This document shows positions 1 through 9,694 of a stretch of DNA of 64,000 nt, in pieces. The stretch's first letter is position 1. Each line of letters begins with the position of its first letter. The translations under genes were made by a program, and so were the position numbers. Source of the DNA: an uncultured Acidobacteriota bacterium (GTDB taxonomy: Bacteria > Acidobacteriota > Vicinamibacteria > Vicinamibacterales > UBA8438); NCBI GenBank assembly GCA_913043225.1, contig CAJWLU010000003.1, forward strand, positions 1 through 64,000, in the 5' to 3' direction. Below the pieces are notes generated by a model. It did not search any database. It worked only from the letters and a program-made list of their open reading frames with translations, and was not told where the DNA came from.

Positions 1-82
1 GTGCAATTTCAGCCTGCGAACCGCGTCAGGGCCGGAAGGCAGCAGCGCTAAGTAGTCACTGAGATGTGCCGCAGGTCCTTCC
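1..82 (+). ncRNA. ffs: Small bacterial SRP RNA (4.5S), 5' end cut by window edge
   Basis: Helix-8 signature TCAGGGCCGGAAGGCAGCAGC (GGAA tetraloop) at ~26-46, directly upstream of dnaX, a common context for ffs; 3' end approximate. Confidence 0.85.
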
Positions 83-124
83 GGGTCGCGGCTGGGACCC
101 GCCACCCACCCGCCGTCACCGCAC

Positions 125-2026
125 ATGGCGTATCAGGTCATAGCCCGTAAGTGGCGCCCGCAACGTTTCGATGATGTGATCGGCCAGCCTGGCGTCACCC
201 AGACGCTGCGCAACGCCATCACCCAGGATCGGCTGGCCCAGGCGTTCGTGTTCGCCGGTCCCCGCGGGGTCGGCAAGACGACGATCGCCCGCATTCTCGC
301 GCGCGCCCTCAACTGTATGGACGGCCCCACCGAGTCGCCGTGTGGTACTTGTGACGCCTGTATCGAGATTGCCGAAGGACGCGATATCGATGTACTTGAG
401 ATCGATGCCGCGACCCACACCCAGGTCGACAATGTCCGGGAAGTGATCGTTTCCGGGCTGGCGATCGCCCCGGTGCGTGACCGGTTCAAAGTGTTCATCA
501 TCGACGAGGTGCACCAGCTCTCGGCGAGCTCCTTCAACGCCTTGCTCAAGTCGGTCGAGGAACCCCCGTCGCATGTAGTCTTTATGATGGCCACAACTCT
601 CCTCGACAAGATTCCAGATACCATCCTGTCGCGGTCGCAAGTCTTCGAGTTCCGGACCATCGGCACGGCGGCGATCACCGAACAACTCAAGACCATCGCC
701 GCGAGCGAGAACGTTGCGATCGACGACTCGGGACTCACGTTGATCGCACGGTCGGCAGATGGAAGCATGCGCGACGCGCAGAGCGCGCTCGACCAGGTAA
801 TCGCCTTCGCTGGCGACTCGGCGAGTGCCGAAGAGGTGTCGGCTGTACTGGGTCTCGTGGGTCGGGACGCCGTGTTCGAAGTGGCCGAGACCGTAGCCGA
901 CGAGGCGGCGCCGAAGGTGTTCGAGCTGGCCGGGCGTTTCGTCGAATCTGGCTACGACCTTCGGTCGGTCTGTCGGGAGCTGTCACGATTGGCGCGCGAC
1001 CTCCTGGTGCTGAAGGTGGACCCGCGTCGGATCGACGATCCCGAGGTCGCGGCCGACAATGAGCGGGCCCGGCTCGAGGCGCTGGCGGGACGGTTTTCAC
1101 GTGAGGACCTGCTCCGAGGGTTCGAAGTCCTGTCGAAAGTTGAGTTTGAGATCAGAGGAGCGTCGCAGCCGCGCTATCACTTCGAGGTGGCGATGCTGCG
1201 CTGGATGCACCTACGCAACCTCGTGCCGCTGTCTGATTTGGTGGACGGGCTGGCACGACAGCCGGCCCCTCAAGGCGGGGCCCCGCCAGTCGACCGTCGG
1301 CCTGCGGCGCCGACCGCGAGCCGCCCTGCTGCCGCGCTAGCCCCTTCCACCGCGCCGGCACGGCCCCGTTCGTCCGCCATGTCATCGTCCCCAGCGGCCG
1401 CGGCGCCGCCGGGTTCTCCGCCCGAGTCTGAACCGGGGCCGCCGCGGGCCGAGCCGTCCGGCCCGACTGGCGCCGAGGATGCGAAGGCCGCGTTTCTTGC
1501 TGAGCTCATGCGCACCAAGAAGTTCTTCCACGGTACGGTCGCGGCGCAGGCCCAGGCGGTTCGGGTTGAGACCGATGCGGTAACCTTCGATTTCAGCGAC
1601 GGACAGCGCGCACTCGCGCAGCAGGTCGAGCGAAGCCGGACCTGGCTCGAGCCGTTGGCCACGCGTGTGATCGGCCGCAAGATGCGGGTCGCTACCAGGC
1701 AGGTGGCCGCGGCGCCGGCAGCGTCGACCCCGGCCGAAGCCGGACCTTCGGTGGACCAGGCCGAGCAGCCGGCGCTCGGCGCCGACCCGGGGCCCGACCC
1801 TGCGGTCGAAGAGCCGCCACTCCCCGAGGAGCCACCGGATTTCGATTCTGGCACCAGAGGCGCCGCCCCCCTCCCGGCGGTTGCCCCGCCGCGACACATA
1901 AACCCTATGAAACCGACCGCGGACGACCTGGCCGACGACCTGCTGACGCAGGTGATGGACGATGAGGCGGTGCAGACGATGCTCGAAGTGTTCCCCGCCG
2001 AGATCAAAGACGTTGAGGAGATATGA
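125..2026 (+). CDS. dnaX: DNA polymerase III subunit gamma/tau
   Basis: ARKWRPQRF start, Walker [10 protein letters not shown], Zn-binding Cys cluster, DEVH, SRS motif, Pro/Ala-rich C-terminal linker. Confidence 0.97.
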   Translation: MAYQVIARKWRPQRFDDVIGQPGVTQTLRNAITQDRLAQAFVFAGPRGVGKTTIARILARALNCMDGPTESPCGTCDACIEIAEGRDIDVLEIDAATHTQVDNVREVIVSGLAIAPVRDRFKVFIIDEVHQLSASSFNALLKSVEEPPSHVVFMMATTLLDKIPDTILSRSQVFEFRTIGTAAITEQLKTIAASENVAIDDSGLTLIARSADGSMRDAQSALDQVIAFAGDSASAEEVSAVLGLVGRDAVFEVAETVADEAAPKVFELAGRFVESGYDLRSVCRELSRLARDLLVLKVDPRRIDDPEVAADNERARLEALAGRFSREDLLRGFEVLSKVEFEIRGASQPRYHFEVAMLRWMHLRNLVPLSDLVDGLARQPAPQGGAPPVDRRPAAPTASRPAAALAPSTAPARPRSSAMSSSPAAAAPPGSPPESEPGPPRAEPSGPTGAEDAKAAFLAELMRTKKFFHGTVAAQAQAVRVETDAVTFDFSDGQRALAQQVERSRTWLEPLATRVIGRKMRVATRQVAAAPAASTPAEAGPSVDQAEQPALGADPGPDPAVEEPPLPEEPPDFDSGTRGAAPLPAVAPPRHINPMKPTADDLADDLLTQVMDDEAVQTMLEVFPAEIKDVEEI

Positions 2027-2039
2027 GCGAGCCGAGCCC

Positions 2040-2339
2040 ATGAACATCCAGAAGATGATGCATCAGGCGCAGAAGATGCAGGAGGACCTACAGCGCCAGC
2101 TCCGTACCACGAAGGTCGAGGCTACCGCCGGCGGCGGCATGGTTACGGTAGTGATGAACGGAGTGAAAGAGATTCAAAGCATCACGATCGATCCCGAGGT
2201 AGTGTCGGCCGATGATGTCGAGATGCTCCAGGATCTGATCGTTGCCGCGGTCAGTGACGCACAGCGTCGCGCGGATGAGCTCCTCCAGCAGCAGATGGGC
2301 GGCATGATGGGCGGCATGAACATTCCCGGCCTGACATGA
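2040..2339 (+). CDS. ybaB: Nucleoid-associated protein YbaB/EbfC
   Basis: [37 protein letters not shown]; lies between dnaX and recR; start moved to ATG 2040. Confidence 0.95.
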   Translation: MNIQKMMHQAQKMQEDLQRQLRTTKVEATAGGGMVTVVMNGVKEIQSITIDPEVVSADDVEMLQDLIVAAVSDAQRRADELLQQQMGGMMGGMNIPGLT

Positions 2340-2932
2340 GCGAGATCGAACCGCTCGTCCGGTTGACCGAAGAGCTCCAGAAGCTCCCGAGCATCGGCGC
2401 CAAGAGCGCGCAGCGCCTGGCCTTTCATCTCCTCAAACAGCCGCGGGAGGATGTGGATCGGCTTCGCGCCGCGCTCCACGATGTGAAGGAGCGGGTGACG
2501 TACTGTTCGGTATGCTCGAACATCACTGACCGCGATCCCTGTTTCTATTGTACCGATCCCGGACGAGACCGGCAGCTGATCTGCGTGGTCGAAGATCCTC
2601 ACAACGTGGCGGCGGTCGAGAAGACAGGGGATTTCAAGGGCGCCTATCACGTGCTCATGGGCGCGCTGTCTCCGCTCAAAGGGGTAGGGCCCGACGACCT
2701 GCATATAAAGGGTCTGTTGCAGCGGGTGGGCAGCGACCAGGTGCGGGAAGTGATTCTCGCCACCAACCCGAACGTCGAAGGTGAAGCGACCGCCATCTAT
2801 CTGGCCAAGCTGCTGAAGCCGCTCGGCGTGCGGGTCAGCCGCATCGCCATGGGCGTACCGGTAGGGAGCGATCTTGAGTACGCGGACGAGATCACGATGT
2901 TGAAGGCCATGGAGGGGCGCCGGGAAGTATGA
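2336..2932 (+). CDS. recR: Recombination mediator RecR
   Basis: [18 protein letters not shown]4 zinc finger, [30 protein letters not shown]. Confidence 0.97.
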   Translation: MSEIEPLVRLTEELQKLPSIGAKSAQRLAFHLLKQPREDVDRLRAALHDVKERVTYCSVCSNITDRDPCFYCTDPGRDRQLICVVEDPHNVAAVEKTGDFKGAYHVLMGALSPLKGVGPDDLHIKGLLQRVGSDQVREVILATNPNVEGEATAIYLAKLLKPLGVRVSRIAMGVPVGSDLEYADEITMLKAMEGRREV

Positions 2933-2946
2933 GTCGTCGTCCGGCT

Positions 2947-3654
2947 TTAGGATTTAGGCTTTGGGAAGAGCTCGTCAAGCGCGAGCTTCGTCGCTGGCGA
3001 ACGGCTGGCATTGGCGGCGGTCGCCAGATCTTTTCGTAGACGCGCGAGTCCCATCTCGTCGTCGACGTCGTACCAGCGATCGACGTAGCTCGCCGCTAGG
3101 CCGGCGGCGTCTGCCGCCTTCACTGTATCGTCCAGGGTGTGGTTGGTGCTCCAGCGAATGTCTCTGAATAGATCCGGTACCACGCTGTTTGTGTCTCCGG
3201 CCAGACCCATCAAGTAGTAGCCGCCATCCTCGGCTGGACCCAGGACCACCTGATCCGGCTGCCGCGACAGGCGACCGAGCGCGGTGCGGACCACTGAGAT
3301 GGGTAAGGTTGGCAGGTCCGAGCCGATCATGACCACCGGTGAGAGGCCGTCGGCGAACAGATCCTCGAACACACCGCGCTCACGCGCGCCTAGGTCGTCG
3401 CCGCGCTGTGGAACAAGCTCGTCCGGGCGCACGCCAGCCTCGTCGAAGCCCCGCGTTCCACCGCTCGTGGTGTAGGCAACCCGCACTACCGAGCCAGTCT
3501 TTCGGCATGCCTGCATCGTGTCATTCAGAAACGCGGTGTAGAGGCGGCGACGGCTGGTTTCCGAAGGCAGGATACTGGCCAGCCGTGACTTCGGTGCCCG
3601 AGGGCCGCGCGGTGCACGCGCCATCACGACCACCGCCCGGTGGGACGAGTTCAT
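2947..3654 (-). CDS. TIGR04282/DUF2064-family glycosyltransferase-like protein
   Basis: KSRLA, QRGDDLGAR, IGSDLPTL, VLGPAEDGGYYLMG, IRWST, WYDVDD motifs. Confidence 0.85.
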   Translation of the reverse strand: MNSSHRAVVVMARAPRGPRAPKSRLASILPSETSRRRLYTAFLNDTMQACRKTGSVVRVAYTTSGGTRGFDEAGVRPDELVPQRGDDLGARERGVFEDLFADGLSPVVMIGSDLPTLPISVVRTALGRLSRQPDQVVLGPAEDGGYYLMGLAGDTNSVVPDLFRDIRWSTNHTLDDTVKAADAAGLAASYVDRWYDVDDEMGLARLRKDLATAANASRSPATKLALDELFPKPKS

Positions 3655-4700
3655 CGGCTCGGGCCGTCACCGGCCGCCGCGCGGTTTTCGGCGGAACCCA
3701 CTGAGAGGCCCCGGCGAGCCAGCAGGACCCCGCCGATCGTCATCCACACGAGCATTCGGGCTTTTCGGACCAACGCCAGGGTGACGCCGGCGGCGGTGCC
3801 GAATTCGAGCAGCTCTGCAAAAGCGGAGGTGCCTGCTTCGTCGACCCCGATGCGCATCGGGACCACCTTGAAGACCACGGCGATGAACCGGTTCACCGCC
3901 TCGAATACGAACGCGTCGAGGACAGTCGGCGCCACGGGGCTGATCAGCGACAGCACCAGGAAGATCTCCAGCACCGCGAGCCCGTGGAACGTCAGTTCCC
4001 ATGCCGTGAGCGCGGCCAACTGGCCGCCATGACGGGGGTAGCGGCTATAAATTCGGTCCTCGACGTCACGGACGCGAGCCGCCCAGCGTGCCGCCACGCC
4101 TGGGCCTCGTCTCGCCAGCAGGTTCAGGCTTCTGCTGGCGACCCGGACCCGGCGCCAGATCACGAGATGCACCAGGGTGACGAGCCCGATGATGGTGGCG
4201 ATCACCCCTACGCTCGCTATCCACCAGGTATCGATGGTTCCGAGTCGAAGCAGCAGCGCGACGGCACCCCCGGCAATGACCAGGGCAGCCGAGAGCGTAT
4301 AGAACAAGTTCTCGACTGCGAGTGCCGGCAACGTCCGTTCGACTGGTTCGCGGTCGGCGACGTACAACGCCTTGGCCGGCTCGCTGACGAGGATGCTCAG
4401 GAAGGTCAGATTGCCGAGGGTGTCTCCCGCCACCACCGCTTGAAACGCCGGTCTCAGATTCAGTTGGTGGGAGCCCTCGAGGCAGCGGCGCCAGGCCATC
4501 CCACGAACCATGAACCTGAGACCGCCGAGGGCAAGGACTCCGAGAAACACCCAACCGAGTCGGCCGATCAGGATCGCGATTTCACCCAGGCCGGCGCGTT
4601 GGAAGGTGTAGACGAAGAGCGCCACTCCGGCCAGGCCGGCGACCACCCCGACCGGGGTGATACGACGCGAGGGGGCGCGAGAGGAAAACGTTGCGGTCAT
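3651..4700 (-). CDS. Lysylphosphatidylglycerol synthase TM-domain (UPF0104-like) membrane protein
   Basis: Multiple TM helices, VPMRIGVDEAG, LALVRKAR; overlaps downstream gene by 4 nt. Confidence 0.75.
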   Translation of the reverse strand: MTATFSSRAPSRRITPVGVVAGLAGVALFVYTFQRAGLGEIAILIGRLGWVFLGVLALGGLRFMVRGMAWRRCLEGSHQLNLRPAFQAVVAGDTLGNLTFLSILVSEPAKALYVADREPVERTLPALAVENLFYTLSAALVIAGGAVALLLRLGTIDTWWIASVGVIATIIGLVTLVHLVIWRRVRVASRSLNLLARRGPGVAARWAARVRDVEDRIYSRYPRHGGQLAALTAWELTFHGLAVLEIFLVLSLISPVAPTVLDAFVFEAVNRFIAVVFKVVPMRIGVDEAGTSAFAELLEFGTAAGVTLALVRKARMLVWMTIGGVLLARRGLSVGSAENRAAAGDGPSR

Positions 4701-4747
4701 CCGCTGTGAAGTTGCGACGTCTAGAGCGGCCCCGGCATAATGCCCGG

Positions 4748-5377
4748 ATGTTACTCGCGTCGCCCGAGGTGCCAGCGGCGATCATTCTACTTGCCGCCGG
4801 GTTGTTAGCCTGCTTTATGGGCTACCGGCTCTTCCGGTGGCTGCTGGGCCTGTACGGCTTTGTCGGTGGCGCCTACCTCACTTCGCTCTTCGTCAGCATG
4901 CCCGAGCCTTGGATGACGGCGGCCGCCGTCGTGACCGGCGGACTGATTGGGGCGCTGTTTCTGCTGGTGGCCTATTTGGCCGGGGTGGCTATTCTGGGCG
5001 CTGGTCTGGGGGCGCTCGCAGTCAGCCTCTTCTGGACGCCCGACGGGGGAAGTGCCGAGACCTGGGTAGTCATCGCAGCCTGCCTCGTCGGTGCTATCGC
5101 GGCGGTGTCGCTCCAGCGCTACGTCATCATCGTCGGTACTTCGTTAGGCGGCGCGTGGACGGCGCTGGTGGGGGCGCTGGCGCTCGGCGGGCACACCGAA
5201 TCGGTGGCGGCGGCCGGCGGCGATCCCTGGCAGCTATATCCGATGGTGCCCGCCAACGGGCAGGTCGGCTTCGCGATCGGCTGGTTCGGCTTCGGGTTGC
5301 TGGCGGCGCTGGTCCAGCTGCGGTGGTCGAGCCCGATGCGCCGCCGAAAACGACGCTCGTCCGAGGACGACAAGTAG
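4748..5377 (+). CDS. DUF4203/TM7S3-like membrane protein
   Basis: GLLACFMGYRLFR..GFVGG and IVGTSLGGAW pattern, several TM helices; start set at ATG 4748. Confidence 0.75.
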   Translation: MLLASPEVPAAIILLAAGLLACFMGYRLFRWLLGLYGFVGGAYLTSLFVSMPEPWMTAAAVVTGGLIGALFLLVAYLAGVAILGAGLGALAVSLFWTPDGGSAETWVVIAACLVGAIAAVSLQRYVIIVGTSLGGAWTALVGALALGGHTESVAAAGGDPWQLYPMVPANGQVGFAIGWFGFGLLAALVQLRWSSPMRRRKRRSSEDDK

Positions 5378-5494
5378 CTCTTGCCCGGCCGCGGCCGGCG
5401 CGTTGACCAGGTCGGACCGGTCCACTAAAATCAGAGGCTGGCCTGACACCAGGGTCGCCGCCTGGCGACGTCGGGCCGCGTAACTGCCAAGTGG

Positions 5495-5570
5495 TCCTCA
5501 GTAGCTCAATTGGCAGAGCATCCGGCTGTTAACCGGAGGGTTGCTGGTTCGAGTCCAGCCTGAGGAGCCA
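5495..5570 (+). tRNA. tRNA-Asn (GTT), CCA encoded
   Basis: TCCTCAG/CTGAGGA acceptor stem, D arm, anticodon arm TCCGG-CTGTTAA-CCGGA, T loop GTTCGAG, 3' GCCA; 76 nt. Confidence 0.98.
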
Positions 5571-5834
5571 ATTTCTTCAAGAAGTTAGAGGATCGGCCTG
5601 TTGGGGATTGGGCTCGCCGTGCCCCTTCTTGTGTCATCCCAGGGTCACTTTTCTGTTCAGGACGGCCACTGTAGGAATCAGGTGATTCACTTAGCTCGTT
5701 CTATAATCCAGCAACCAACATAAAACGAACCATGCCGCTTTCCTGTCCATCGCCGCGGCCGAGAGCCGGCCAGGCGAAGAAGACATGCGGTATGTTTTCG
5801 ACCTCGCAACCAGGCGCTGATCTTCGTCTTCGCG

Positions 5835-6010
5835 GTTGGTGCGCCGCCTCATGCCGCCCTATCAGGCGACGGCACTCGGTCGGTTGAGATCGCCACTCCG
5901 CCACCATCCGGTCAAACGACGCCGTGTCAATCCGGCCGTCCACCTTGTCGACGCACATCGCATCGAGCCGGCTTTTGAGTCGGGCACATTCGGCCTGCGG
6001 TCCCTCAATC
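5835..6010 (-). pseudogene. Remnant of the C-terminal coiled-coil region of a large serine recombinase
   Basis: Translation QAECARLKSRLDAMCVDKVDGRIDTASFDRMVAEWRSQ...HEAAHQ resembles the recombinase C-terminal pattern R(L/I)DAMY.DKLDG.I...F; no catalytic domain present; adjacent to a tRNA. Confidence 0.6.
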
Positions 6011-6087
6011 TTCGGCGCCGCTAACCGCGTCCCGCCTCGTGCTACGCTCTTGCTCGTCCTGCACTGCTCGGTGACACCGGGTTTCGC

Positions 6088-8286
6088 ATGCGCATACTGT
6101 TCGTCCTCAAGCTCCCTTTGGTTCGCCACTTCGACGAGACGCTGGCCGCACTGGCTGACCGAGGCCATCAGATCTTTATCGCGCCGACCAAGTTCGGCGA
6201 CGAGGAGCTGCTGCCGGAACGGTTGTCCGTGCATCCCAACTGCCGCGTCGTGTCGGGCGCCGCCAAGCGAACTCGAGCGGCCGTCGCTGCATCGGTCGTC
6301 CGCGCCACTCGCGACTACCTCCGCTATCAGGAACCGGCGCTCATTGGGGCGGAGGTGAACCGCCGGCGCGCTTTTGCCAGCCTTGTGCGCACGGTGTCAC
6401 GTGGGACCCGCACGCTGCCAGCAGACACCCCGGATCTTGCCGTGGCCCTGAACACACACGAGGTGTGGCGCCTGCGCGAGACGTTCGACGAGCTTGAACA
6501 GCTATTTCCACTGGATCCGGAGTTTGATCAGTTTTTCGCAGCCCAGCGTCCCGATCTTTTGCTGGTTACTCCGCTGGTTTCTTTCGGGGGTCTGCAGGCC
6601 GACTACGTGAAGGCGGCCCGTCGCCTTGGCGTGCCCAGCGCGTGCCTCGTCTTCAGCTGGGACAACCTGTCCAACAAGGGCATCATGCACGAGCGGCCCG
6701 ATCGGACCTACGTCTGGAACGAGGTGCAACGTCGGGAGGCGGTCGAGCTCCACCAGGTGCCAGCCGACTCCGTCGTGGTGACCGGGGCGCCTCGATTTGA
6801 TCCGTTTTTCGGTCGCACCTTATCGACAACGCGTGAAGCATTCTGCGAGTCGCTCGGGCTCGACCCGACGCGTCGTCTCGTTGCTTATCTCGGCTCATCA
6901 CCTCTGGTTGCCGAGCGGGAGCCGGAACTGGTCGTGACCTGGCTCGATGCGTTACGGGGATCGAGCTCCGGCGCCCTCCGTGAGGCGCAGATTGCGATCC
7001 GTCGACATCCGCGCAGCAGGTCCATCTGGTCGGAGCACCCGGTGTTTCGCAAGAAGCACCCGGCTGCGGCCGGTTACCCCGGTGTGGCAATGACCCCGGC
7101 GAAGAGCGCAATGGGCGACCAGGCGCTCTACGATCTACTGTCGCACGCTGATGCGGTCGTTGGGCTAAACACCACCGCCGAGCTCGAAGCTGGGATTCTG
7201 GGGACGCCGGTGTACACCATTCGTGCGACAGATTTCGCCTCGGGACAGACCGGGTCTCACCATTTCCAGTACCTTCTCAAGGAACACGGTGGGTTTGTGG
7301 AGTGCGCCGCTGATCTCAACGAGCACATGGCGCAGCTTGAGGCCGGTCTGTCGGGGCGCTTCGATCGGGGCGCCATGCAGGCGTTCATTCGCGATTTCGT
7401 CCGGCCGCACGGATTGGAACAACCGGCGGCGCCGATCCTGGCTGATGACATTGAGGCGTGGGCGACTACAGTGGTCGGGACCGGGCGGGCGAGCGGCGGG
7501 CTTCCGTCCGAGCCCGGTCAGCTCAAGGAGGCGGCCGATGTTCCGACGGCCCCACCCGGCATGCCGGAACCCGAGAAAGTGCAGGTCGTGTACGCGAAGG
7601 CACCGCTGTTCATATTGGTGGAGACCCACGCCGAGCGCATGTGGCGGCTCGATCCGGGACGGAAGGAGCCGTGGACCGTCGAATGGTTCGACACACAGGT
7701 GCGCCGCGGCGATGTTGTGTATGACATCGGCGCGAACGTCGGCGTGTTCTCGCTCATTGCCGCGGCGAATCTCGACGGACGAGGGACCGTGCTCGCCTTC
7801 GAACCGGGATACGCGACATACGCCCGTCTGTGTGAGAATATCCGGCTCAACAAATTCAACAGCCTGATTGTTCCGATGCCGGTGCCGCTGTCGGATCGCC
7901 CGGGGCTGCAGCGTTTCCGTTACAAGTCGCTCGAACCCGGACAGAGCCGACACAAGTTCGCCGCGGAGTCATGGGATCCGGCGACCACGTCGGTCAAGGC
8001 GTCCGACCAGGCGATGCTGGCGACCTCGCTGGATCAGGTCGTCTCACAGTACGGCGCGCCGATGCCGAACTTGATCAAGCTGGATGTGGATGGGGCCGAA
8101 GCGCTGGTGCTGCGGGGCGCCGGGGAAGCACTCCGGCATCGGGAGCTGCGGAGTGTGCTCGCGGAGGTCGATCCTGCTTGCGAGGACGAGGTGTTGCAGG
8201 TACTGAGCACCGCAGGCCTCAATCTGATCGATCGATTCCAGCGCAAGAAGAAGGCTGGGTCCTGGTACGGCATCTTCCGCCGCTAG
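6088..8286 (+). CDS. Fusion: GT-B/CDP-glycerol glycerophosphotransferase-like domain plus C-terminal FkbM-family methyltransferase
   Basis: N-terminal FSWDNLSNKG, TGAPRFD, RRHP; C-terminal VYDIGANVGVFSL, AFEP, LIKLDVDGAE. Confidence 0.8.
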   Translation: MRILFVLKLPLVRHFDETLAALADRGHQIFIAPTKFGDEELLPERLSVHPNCRVVSGAAKRTRAAVAASVVRATRDYLRYQEPALIGAEVNRRRAFASLVRTVSRGTRTLPADTPDLAVALNTHEVWRLRETFDELEQLFPLDPEFDQFFAAQRPDLLLVTPLVSFGGLQADYVKAARRLGVPSACLVFSWDNLSNKGIMHERPDRTYVWNEVQRREAVELHQVPADSVVVTGAPRFDPFFGRTLSTTREAFCESLGLDPTRRLVAYLGSSPLVAEREPELVVTWLDALRGSSSGALREAQIAIRRHPRSRSIWSEHPVFRKKHPAAAGYPGVAMTPAKSAMGDQALYDLLSHADAVVGLNTTAELEAGILGTPVYTIRATDFASGQTGSHHFQYLLKEHGGFVECAADLNEHMAQLEAGLSGRFDRGAMQAFIRDFVRPHGLEQPAAPILADDIEAWATTVVGTGRASGGLPSEPGQLKEAADVPTAPPGMPEPEKVQVVYAKAPLFILVETHAERMWRLDPGRKEPWTVEWFDTQVRRGDVVYDIGANVGVFSLIAAANLDGRGTVLAFEPGYATYARLCENIRLNKFNSLIVPMPVPLSDRPGLQRFRYKSLEPGQSRHKFAAESWDPATTSVKASDQAMLATSLDQVVSQYGAPMPNLIKLDVDGAEALVLRGAGEALRHRELRSVLAEVDPACEDEVLQVLSTAGLNLIDRFQRKKKAGSWYGIFRR

Positions 8287-8568
8287 GGCGGAGCTGTTCA
8301 AGCCCTCCGGAGACTTATGTGCTTTCCCCTCCCCCGCTTGGAAGCACGTCGCTGACAGCGGGTTCAGTGACGTGCTGCTGGGGCGTCCTGCCCTGTGTTG
8401 AGTTAGCGCCTCGCTCGTATTAGGGTCTGGCCGCATCTACATAGTCGTGAGCGGGAGATCCCTCACACACACTTGGCCCGTTGCCGGTTCTACGCTGCGA
8501 AGGGGTCTGTTGCGGCGTACTGAAGCGCCAATGAGTTCAGGTGTTTGTTCTTCAGGGGGGAGATAAAA

Positions 8569-8949
8569 ATGGCAGAGCCGACTGGTGAGTTCTCGATGAA
8601 AATGACAGGGCACTCAGAAGAAGCTATTCCGAGCGGCACTCGATTAACCTCTTACTGGGAAGGCACTGCGACTGGGTTCGGTACGGTGTTTGGCACCTTG
8701 ACAGTCGATTTGTCCCACGATGACATCGCTGCGACATCTGGAACCTGTCGCTATGTCGCTGTGGCCTATCTTCCAGATGGTGGACGGGACGCGGGTGCCG
8801 CTGAGGGAACGTGGACCCAACATGCGGGGCGTAATGCGTGGACATTGCAGCTCACTGGGACCACTGCGAGTGGCCAGAAACTCCGTAGTGAGAGTGAGAT
8901 CGATCTCGCCTCCAGAAGTTGGACCGGGAAGAATTTTGACGCCAGCTAG
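8569..8949 (+). CDS. Hypothetical protein (beta-rich)
   Basis: GGGGAG RBS before ATG 8569; 126-aa ORF; no recognised family. Confidence 0.6.
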   Translation: MAEPTGEFSMKMTGHSEEAIPSGTRLTSYWEGTATGFGTVFGTLTVDLSHDDIAATSGTCRYVAVAYLPDGGRDAGAAEGTWTQHAGRNAWTLQLTGTTASGQKLRSESEIDLASRSWTGKNFDAS

Positions 8950-9111
8950 AGGTGAACGAATAGTCTTGTGCGGTCACTTTATTCCCGGTGAAGTTTGACC
9001 CTGAGAAGGTGTCAAAGCTTGTCGGTGTAGTAGTTCTTGGTGAAAGTTGTCTGGGGTGACCGGCTGGTACTTACCGTGTAAAGAGAGCTCGGTCACGATG
9101 AGGAGGGTAGA

Positions 9112-9585
9112 GTGGAACGATCTGCTGCATACGCGCTTGACGATCGAAGTATCCAGTGGGCACCGATCGAAGTGCCAGGCTGTGGCGTTTTAGAGAACTT
9201 TGAGTTTGCACCTTTAGCCGGAAGTACGAAATTCGAAGTGGTGGATTTTCTCGTTAAATTTCCACCCAAGAAAGAAGCTGATGGCCAAACCGTAAACCTC
9301 ATCCACACGCATCGACACTGCGGAACATCAAACCTGTTTGTTGTCGCAGGTGAGCAGCACATTTATGAGCCCGACGGCACCCTCCGAGAAGTGCGACGAG
9401 TGGGTAGCTATACCGTTTCTCAGCCGGGAGATGTACATACAGAGTGTGGTGGTCCTGAAGGTGGCGTGGTGCACTACAGCATACGGGGAAAAGGCATGCT
9501 GTTCGAGTTCGTTGACGAAGACATGAATGTGTTGGGCGGGCTTAGCTTGGACGATCTTGTTGCAGCATGCGGAGGGGACACTTAA
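9112..9585 (+). CDS. Cupin-fold protein
   Basis: HTHRH...VVAGEQH...GDVHTE cupin metal motif; GAGGAGG RBS. Confidence 0.7.
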   Translation: MERSAAYALDDRSIQWAPIEVPGCGVLENFEFAPLAGSTKFEVVDFLVKFPPKKEADGQTVNLIHTHRHCGTSNLFVVAGEQHIYEPDGTLREVRRVGSYTVSQPGDVHTECGGPEGGVVHYSIRGKGMLFEFVDEDMNVLGGLSLDDLVAACGGDT

Positions 9586-9694
9586 GCGTGCCCCAGACTG
9601 TTTTTCGTCGCAATTAGAGACGCTTAATCTGGTGCGCTAGCAGCTTTCCTTTCGGTGCGGATCGTGCTGTATTCACTCTCACAAAGAGATTGCG

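Noticed and set aside
1260..1500. Programmed frameshift giving a gamma subunit in dnaX
   Set aside because: No A-AAA-AAG heptamer or poly-A run seen; the region is just a Pro/Ala-rich linker.
1826..1835. GAGGAGCCA matching the tRNA-Asn 3' end
   Set aside because: Only 9 bp and within dnaX codons; expected by chance.
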